In this document: positions 58,489 to 64,000 of the stretch, in pieces | How positions within the stretch are numbered: the first letter of the stretch is position 1 | Layout of the letters: each line of letters begins with the position of its first letter | Assembly (NCBI GenBank): GCA_945877035.1 | Contig: CAMCQH010000003.1 | Coordinates: 326-64,325, forward strand | Source of the DNA: an uncultured Clostridium sp. | GTDB taxonomy: Bacteria; Bacillota; Clostridia; TANB77; CAG-508 | Direction: 5' to 3' | Length of the DNA: 64,000 bases | Program-made: the position numbers and the translations under genes | The notes under the pieces: model-generated | Databases searched by the model: none | What the model was told of the DNA's origin: nothing | The model's input: only the letters and a program-made list of their open reading frames with translations

Positions 58489-59277
58489 CTAATTTATTTT
58501 TTGTCTAACATATTCATATAATACAATACCTGTTGCAACTGAAGCATTTAAGCTCTCAGTTTTTCCAAGCATTGGTATTTTAACTTTTACATCTGCCATA
58601 TCTTGAATTTTTTGTTCAACACCATTTGCTTCATTTCCTATAACAATAACTTTTTTATTATAATCTACATCATAAATACTATTTTCTGTTTGTAATGATG
58701 TAATAACTAATTCGAATTTGTGTTTTTTTACTTCTCTTAATGTCTTTTCTAAATCTTCACACTCTATTATTTTGACCCTGAAGATTGCTCCCATTGTTGA
58801 ACGCACCACTTTAGGATTATAACTATCAGCTGTTCCTTTTGATACCAATATTTGATTTAAACCAATACTATCAACAGTTCTTAAAATCGTTCCTAGGTTT
58901 CCTGGGTCTTGTATATCATCTAAAGCAACTATTATATCTTGTGTGTAATCTATTTCCGCTTCTCCAGTATTTCTTCCTACTATAGCTAATATTCCTTGTG
59001 GTGTATTTACATCTGATATTGTTTTGAATATATTTTCTGTTACATATACACATTCATATTTTGCTATTTCATACATTAAATCTTTTGGAATTACATCTGT
59101 ATTTTGGCAATTATCACATATAACTATTTGTTTAATTTTTGTTTTTTCTTCAATTGCTTCTTTTATTAATTTTATTCCCTCTATAATGAATTCTTTGTTT
59201 ATGTCTCTATATTTTTTGTCTTTTAATTTTTTGATATGTTTTATAAATTCATTTTCTTTACTTGAAATTACTTGCAT
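58489..59277 (-). CDS. TrmH/SpoU-family RNA 2'-O-methyltransferase (RlmB-like)
   Basis: GNLGTILRT, VIVIGNEANGV, ESLNASVATGIVLYE. Start at ATG 59277, behind GGAGAG. Confidence 0.8.
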   Translation of the reverse strand: MQVISSKENEFIKHIKKLKDKKYRDINKEFIIEGIKLIKEAIEEKTKIKQIVICDNCQNTDVIPKDLMYEIAKYECVYVTENIFKTISDVNTPQGILAIVGRNTGEAEIDYTQDIIVALDDIQDPGNLGTILRTVDSIGLNQILVSKGTADSYNPKVVRSTMGAIFRVKIIECEDLEKTLREVKKHKFELVITSLQTENSIYDVDYNKKVIVIGNEANGVEQKIQDMADVKVKIPMLGKTESLNASVATGIVLYEYVRQKIN

Positions 59278-59335
59278 AAACTCTCTCCTTCTAAGATCTG
59301 TCCCAAATGGACAAAATGTCCAAAAAGAACCGTCC

Positions 59336-62300
59336 CTATTGGACATTTTTCAAAAATTCGGTAACATCATTTAGTATTTGTCTTTCATTAGTTGTGCCTA
59401 TCTCTAAAGTAATCATAGGTTTTACACCTGGTGAAAATTTTAATCTATTTTTATATTTCTCAATTAATTTTGGAATGTCTACATCAAATTTACTTTGTTC
59501 AAAAGTAAATACAACTGCTGTCTTTTTACTTGCTATTTTATTTATATATTGTGCTTTTGCTAGATATTTTATTCTTGCTATATCTAATAAATTTTCTAAT
59601 TCTGAAGGCATGTTTCCAAATCTATCTATAATTTCATCTACTACATTTTGGATATCTTCTTCATTTTTGCATAATGCAATGTTTTGATATATTTCAATTT
59701 TTTGTGCTGAGTCTGGTATATATTCATCTGGTATATAGCTTGTAACATTTAAGTCTATTTGAATGTCTATTTCTGGCTCTACTTCTACTCCTTGCATTTC
59801 TTTTACTACTTCATCTAATAAGCTACAATATGTATCATATCCAACTTGCTCTAGATGTCCTGACTGAATTTCTCCAAGTAAGCTTCCTGCTCCTCTTATT
59901 TCTAGGTCTCTCATTGCTATTTTGAATCCTGAACCAAATTCTGTAAATTCTTTTATTGCTTTTAGTCTTTTATCTGCTTCTTCTGATAACATTTTGTCTT
60001 TTCTATATGTTATATATGCATATGCTTGCCTGTCTGACCTTCCTACTCTTCCTCTTATTTGATATAATGCTGCAAGTCCCATTCTGTCTGCATTTTCTAC
60101 TATTATTGTGTTTGCATTTGGTATATCAATTCCAGATTCTAATATTGTTGTACATACTAATACATTTGATTTTTTCTCTATGAAATCTTCCATTATTTCT
60201 TCTATTTGATTTCCTGTCATTTGTCCATGTGCGTAGCTTACTGTTGCTTCTGGTACTAGTCTTGATATGTCATCTGCTTTTTTCTGTATTGTGTCTACTC
60301 TATTGTATATGTAGAACACTTGACCATTTCTTTCTAGTTCTTTTGTTATTGCTTCTTTTACAACTTCTTGGTCATACTCTAGCACATAAGTTTGAACTGG
60401 TTTTCTATTTTGTGGTGGTTCATATATTACTGACATATCTCTTATTCCAACTATTGACATATGCATTGTTCTTGGTATTGGTGTTGCTGTCATTGTGAGT
60501 ACATCTATATTTGCTTTATATTGTTTGATTTTTTCTTTTGCTTTTACTCCAAATCTATGCTCCTCATCTATTATTAATAGTCCAATGTCTTTAAATTCAA
60601 CATCTTTACTTAATAATCTATGTGTTCCAATTACAATATCAACTTCTCCAAGTTTTAGTTTTTTGATTACATTATTTATGTATTTTGTACTTTTAAATCT
60701 GTTTAATATTTCAACTTTTATTGGGAAGTCTTTCATTCTGTCTCTAAATTCTTCGTATTGTTGTTGTGCTAGCACAGTTGTTGGAACTAAATATGCAACT
60801 TGTTTTTGGTCCATAACAGCTTTAAATGCTGCTCTTATTGCAACTTCTGTTTTCCCATATCCTACATCTCCACATAAAAGTCTATCCATTGGTCTTTGGG
60901 TTTCCATATCTTTTTTTACTTCTTCTATACATCTTAATTGGTCATCTGTTTCTTGATATGGGAATTGTTCCTCAAATTGTTGTTGCCATGGTGTGTCTTT
61001 GCTAAATGCGTAGCCTCTAGCTTTTTCTCTTTTTGCATATAATTCTATTAGTTCTCTTGCAACTGCTCTTAAATTATTTTTTACTTTTTCTTTTGTTTTT
61101 ATCCAATCTTTGCTTCCTAGACTACTTATAGGCGGATTTAAAGCATCTCCTCCTGTATATTTTCTTATTGCATCTAGCTGATTTGTTGGCACATATAATA
61201 TTGCATCATCTTTATATTTTAATTTTATATAATCTTTTGTTGTGCCATCTGCTGTTATTGTATTTACTCCAACAAAAATTCCTATTCCATAATTTTTATG
61301 TACTACATAATCTCCTACTTTTAAATCTGCAAATACTATCTTTTCACCTTCTTTAAAAGCTTTATTTGCAAATGTTTTTTTCTTTTTGCCACCATCTATC
61401 AAATCATCTGCTGAAACAACTACTTGGCTTATCTCAAAATTTTCAAATCCTTCTGAAATTTTTCCAACTGCAATTGTAACAATATTTTCTGTTGATTTTA
61501 CTATTATTGTTTTATCTAATTTTTCTTCTATTTTGCATAAAATATTTTCTTTTTCAAATAACTCTTTTAATTTATTTGCTTTTTCTTTTGTATTAACCAA
61601 TACATAAATACTTTTTTTCTCTGTATTCCATTTTCTTATATCTTCAAAAAAGTTTTCTATTTCACTTTTGTAATAATTGATTTCTCTATATTCAAAATGA
61701 TATCTTTCAGCTTGTTTTTTTGTAACTGCATCTTGTTTTTCTAAATATATTAATTGATACTTGTTCTCTAAGTTTTCAAAATCTACTGATGATATTACCT
61801 TTATTGCTTCTGGTAATATTTTTTCTTTTTCTATTAAGTTTTTACTTAGATTTTCTATGTCTTGTAAAATATTTATTTGTCTTTGTTCTACTTTGCTTAC
61901 TTCATCTAAAAATATCAAGCAATTTTTATTTAGATAATCTATTAGTGTTTCTTGTTTTTCGTAAAATTCATTAAAATATTTGTCTATTTTACTGATGTAA
62001 TTTCCTGCTTTTATTTGCTCTATGTCTTGTTCAATTATTTCTTCTTGTTTTCCATCTGCTATTGTTTTTGATATTTTGTTACATATATTTTCAATTGTAT
62101 CTTCTAAAACATATTCATGTGCTGGATATATTTTTGCTTTTTCTAGTGTATTAATTGATCTTTGACTATTTATGCTAAAATTTCTTATTGAATCAATTTC
62201 ATCTCCCCATAATTCAATTCTTACACCTGTTTTTTCGTCCAAAGAAATGTCTATTATTCCACCTCTTATGCTGAATTGTCCTCTTCCTTCAATTAAGTCA

Positions 62301-62791
62301 TATCTTGAATATCCTAAATTTACTAGTTTTCTTTTGATGTCTTCTAAATTGCATATATCTCCTATTTTGAATTCTAATATGTCTTTGAATAGTACTTCTT
62401 TTGATGGTAATTTTTGCATTAGTGTTTCTATTGTTGTTACAACTATTAAGTTATTTTTTTCATTTATTTTGTTTAGTGTTTCTATTCTTTCATATGGTAG
62501 GTCTTTGCTTTCTGCAACATAGTCATATGTTACTATTTCTTTTTTTGGAAATAATACTACATTTTCTGTTTCAAATGCTTTTATATTTTCTAACATTTTT
62601 TTTGCTTGTATTTCGTTGTATGTTACAAGTAAAATTGGCTTTTTGTTGTAGCCTTTTATTGCTGAAATAATTTCTGCCATTCCAACGCCAGTTAAGCCCG
62701 ATATTGATATCGGGCTTTGTATTTTTTCTATTTGTTTGCTTAAATCCACAAATTTATTAGATTTGCCAAGTTCTCCTATTATTGTGTTCAT
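59336..62791 (-). CDS. mfd: Transcription-repair coupling factor
   Basis: 1151 aa. CarD-like segment GDYVVHKNYGIG, SF2 motifs LLCGDVGYGKTEVA and LIIDEEHRFG, QLYQIRGRVGRS. Confidence 0.95.
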   Translation of the reverse strand: MNTIIGELGKSNKFVDLSKQIEKIQSPISISGLTGVGMAEIISAIKGYNKKPILLVTYNEIQAKKMLENIKAFETENVVLFPKKEIVTYDYVAESKDLPYERIETLNKINEKNNLIVVTTIETLMQKLPSKEVLFKDILEFKIGDICNLEDIKRKLVNLGYSRYDLIEGRGQFSIRGGIIDISLDEKTGVRIELWGDEIDSIRNFSINSQRSINTLEKAKIYPAHEYVLEDTIENICNKISKTIADGKQEEIIEQDIEQIKAGNYISKIDKYFNEFYEKQETLIDYLNKNCLIFLDEVSKVEQRQINILQDIENLSKNLIEKEKILPEAIKVISSVDFENLENKYQLIYLEKQDAVTKKQAERYHFEYREINYYKSEIENFFEDIRKWNTEKKSIYVLVNTKEKANKLKELFEKENILCKIEEKLDKTIIVKSTENIVTIAVGKISEGFENFEISQVVVSADDLIDGGKKKKTFANKAFKEGEKIVFADLKVGDYVVHKNYGIGIFVGVNTITADGTTKDYIKLKYKDDAILYVPTNQLDAIRKYTGGDALNPPISSLGSKDWIKTKEKVKNNLRAVARELIELYAKREKARGYAFSKDTPWQQQFEEQFPYQETDDQLRCIEEVKKDMETQRPMDRLLCGDVGYGKTEVAIRAAFKAVMDQKQVAYLVPTTVLAQQQYEEFRDRMKDFPIKVEILNRFKSTKYINNVIKKLKLGEVDIVIGTHRLLSKDVEFKDIGLLIIDEEHRFGVKAKEKIKQYKANIDVLTMTATPIPRTMHMSIVGIRDMSVIYEPPQNRKPVQTYVLEYDQEVVKEAITKELERNGQVFYIYNRVDTIQKKADDISRLVPEATVSYAHGQMTGNQIEEIMEDFIEKKSNVLVCTTILESGIDIPNANTIIVENADRMGLAALYQIRGRVGRSDRQAYAYITYRKDKMLSEEADKRLKAIKEFTEFGSGFKIAMRDLEIRGAGSLLGEIQSGHLEQVGYDTYCSLLDEVVKEMQGVEVEPEIDIQIDLNVTSYIPDEYIPDSAQKIEIYQNIALCKNEEDIQNVVDEIIDRFGNMPSELENLLDIARIKYLAKAQYINKIASKKTAVVFTFEQSKFDVDIPKLIEKYKNRLKFSPGVKPMITLEIGTTNERQILNDVTEFLKNVQ

Positions 62792-63009
62792 TTCTTTTCT
62801 CCTAAATTATAATGTATGTATTATACCATATTTTAGTAGAAAAGTGAATACATTTCTTTGAAAAATTTGTCAATAATCTTTCAAAAGTTACAATCAATTT
62901 CCATGCAAAATTTGACTTTTTATGTAAATTGTTGTATACTATATTTAGTTACTTATTAACAAGCATTAAGTCCTTCAACAATAATAATATGAAGGCAGAA
63001 AGGAACTTT

Positions 63010-63267
63010 ATGTCTTTAGATAACGTTTTGGGTAATGGATCTCACAGTTCTTCTTTCATCTACTCTGCACCAATTAACACTGAATGCAGTAAGTGCTCTG
63101 GAAAGTGCTTAAACGTAGAAGACAATTTAGCAACACAATCTGCAGCACGTGAGATGTTTGGATATATTCCAAACAGATGTGTTGCTGATCAAAATGGGAC
63201 TATACGATGTCCTTTTGCTTCGGGCAGCCAAAATAAAACGCTTAAAAACGTTCAAATTGGCCTTTAA
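63010..63267 (+). CDS. Small Cys-containing hypothetical protein
   Basis: RBS GAAAGGA. 85 aa with 5 Cys, followed by a strong terminator. No family recognised. Confidence 0.4.
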   Translation: MSLDNVLGNGSHSSSFIYSAPINTECSKCSGKCLNVEDNLATQSAAREMFGYIPNRCVADQNGTIRCPFASGSQNKTLKNVQIGL

Positions 63268-63274
63268 TGACTAC

Positions 63275-63306
63275 GGGAGAGATTTTATCTCTCCCTCTTT
63301 CTTTTT
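63275..63306 (+). terminator. Rho-independent terminator
   Basis: Stem GGGAGAGA-TTTTA-TCTCTCCC, followed by TCTTTCTTTTT. Confidence 0.75.
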
Positions 63307-63315
63307 ATTTAAATA

Positions 63316-64000
63316 TTACATCTTCACTACTAATTTATTAAATTTAGAATTTATATAATTAACTAATTTATCCATAAAAACTTCAGGCGCAATTTCTTTT
63401 TTAGCAACCATATCTAACCCCTTCTCCCAACTAGCTGTAAGTTTCGGATTTAACATATCTGGCATAGAATTATTTACTATATCATAAATAATTTCACCTT
63501 TATTTGTAGGAGTAATTATTTGTGTTTTTTTGTTAATATCAATATATTTAATTTTTTCTAGTTTTTCAATAATTCCACCTCTAGTTGCACTTGTACCAAT
63601 TCCTGCACCTTTAATTTGTTCACGAAGTTCCTCATCTTCAATTAACTTTCCTGCATTTTCCATTGCAAGAATTATTGTGCCTGAATTATATCTTGTTGGT
63701 GGTGATGTTTCCGCTTCTTTTGTTTCATAATTTTGTACTTGTAATTTTTGTCCTTTTTTTAAATTTTTTAAAATTTCCAAACTATTTTCTTCTGATTTAT
63801 CCACATTTTGCTCATTTTCTGTGGATTCTTGATTTTGTTTTTCATCTTTTTTCTGGTCTTTTTTTGTTTCATTTGATTTTGCAATTTCTAAATATCCAGG
63901 ATTTATACAAACTTTTTCACTAGCATAAAATGTTTCATTTTCTACATTTACAGTTACTTGAATTTTATTAAATTCTGCTGGTGGATAGAAAATTGCTAAA
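63316..64000 (-). CDS. topB: Type IA DNA topoisomerase (TopB-like), C-terminal part; N-terminus beyond window
   Basis: SPPTRYNSGTIILAMENAGK...GIGTSATRGGIIEKL. The frame stays open to position 64000. Confidence 0.75.
   Translation of the reverse strand, partial: LAIFYPPAEFNKIQVTVNVENETFYASEKVCINPGYLEIAKSNETKKDQKKDEKQNQESTENEQNVDKSEENSLEILKNLKKGQKLQVQNYETKEAETSPPTRYNSGTIILAMENAGKLIEDEELREQIKGAGIGTSATRGGIIEKLEKIKYIDINKKTQIITPTNKGEIIYDIVNNSMPDMLNPKLTASWEKGLDMVAKKEIAPEVFMDKLVNYINSKFNKLVVKM

Overview
Low-GC, Firmicutes/Clostridia-like chromosome segment; no tRNA, rRNA or CRISPR array recognised. Positions 1 to about 44,860 are one integrated element, almost all on the minus strand. It is a siphovirus-type temperate prophage. 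Reading right to left: sigma-like early gene, replication module (DUF2800 nuclease, DUF2815 SSB-like, family A polymerase, primase-helicase, VRR-NUC, SNF2), late regulator, HNH, small terminase, a 4 kb cargo cluster, large terminase, portal, ClpP-like protease, HK97-type capsid, connectors, tail, tape measure, baseplate/fibre, holin-endolysin, an XRE regulator and two overlapping large serine recombinases that run off the left edge. The right arm of the element (35.8-44.5 kb) is an accessory island. It has a plus-strand operon of an unrecognisable 273-aa protein, a 919-aa protein with an uncharacterised N-terminal half fused to a RecD/Dda-like SF1 helicase, a small HTH protein and a PD-(D/E)xK nuclease. 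This operon converges on a minus-strand operon of an excisionase-type HTH and three DNA methyltransferases. The element interrupts comEC: the reading frame leaves ComEC sequence just where the metallo-beta-lactamase domain should begin. The unknown-protein/helicase pair is my best candidate for an undescribed, probably anti-phage, system. From 44.9 to 64 kb are host genes: comEC 5' part, an SH3b-NlpC/P60 hydrolase, ppaC, hslO, a prepilin-like surface protein, a WecA/TagO-like transferase fused to rubredoxin, rpiB, an ABC importer, trmL, a TrmH-family methyltransferase, mfd and a topB fragment. The prepilin-like gene carries an anomalous GC-rich, A-poor 3' patch and has an upstream (CT)15 tract.
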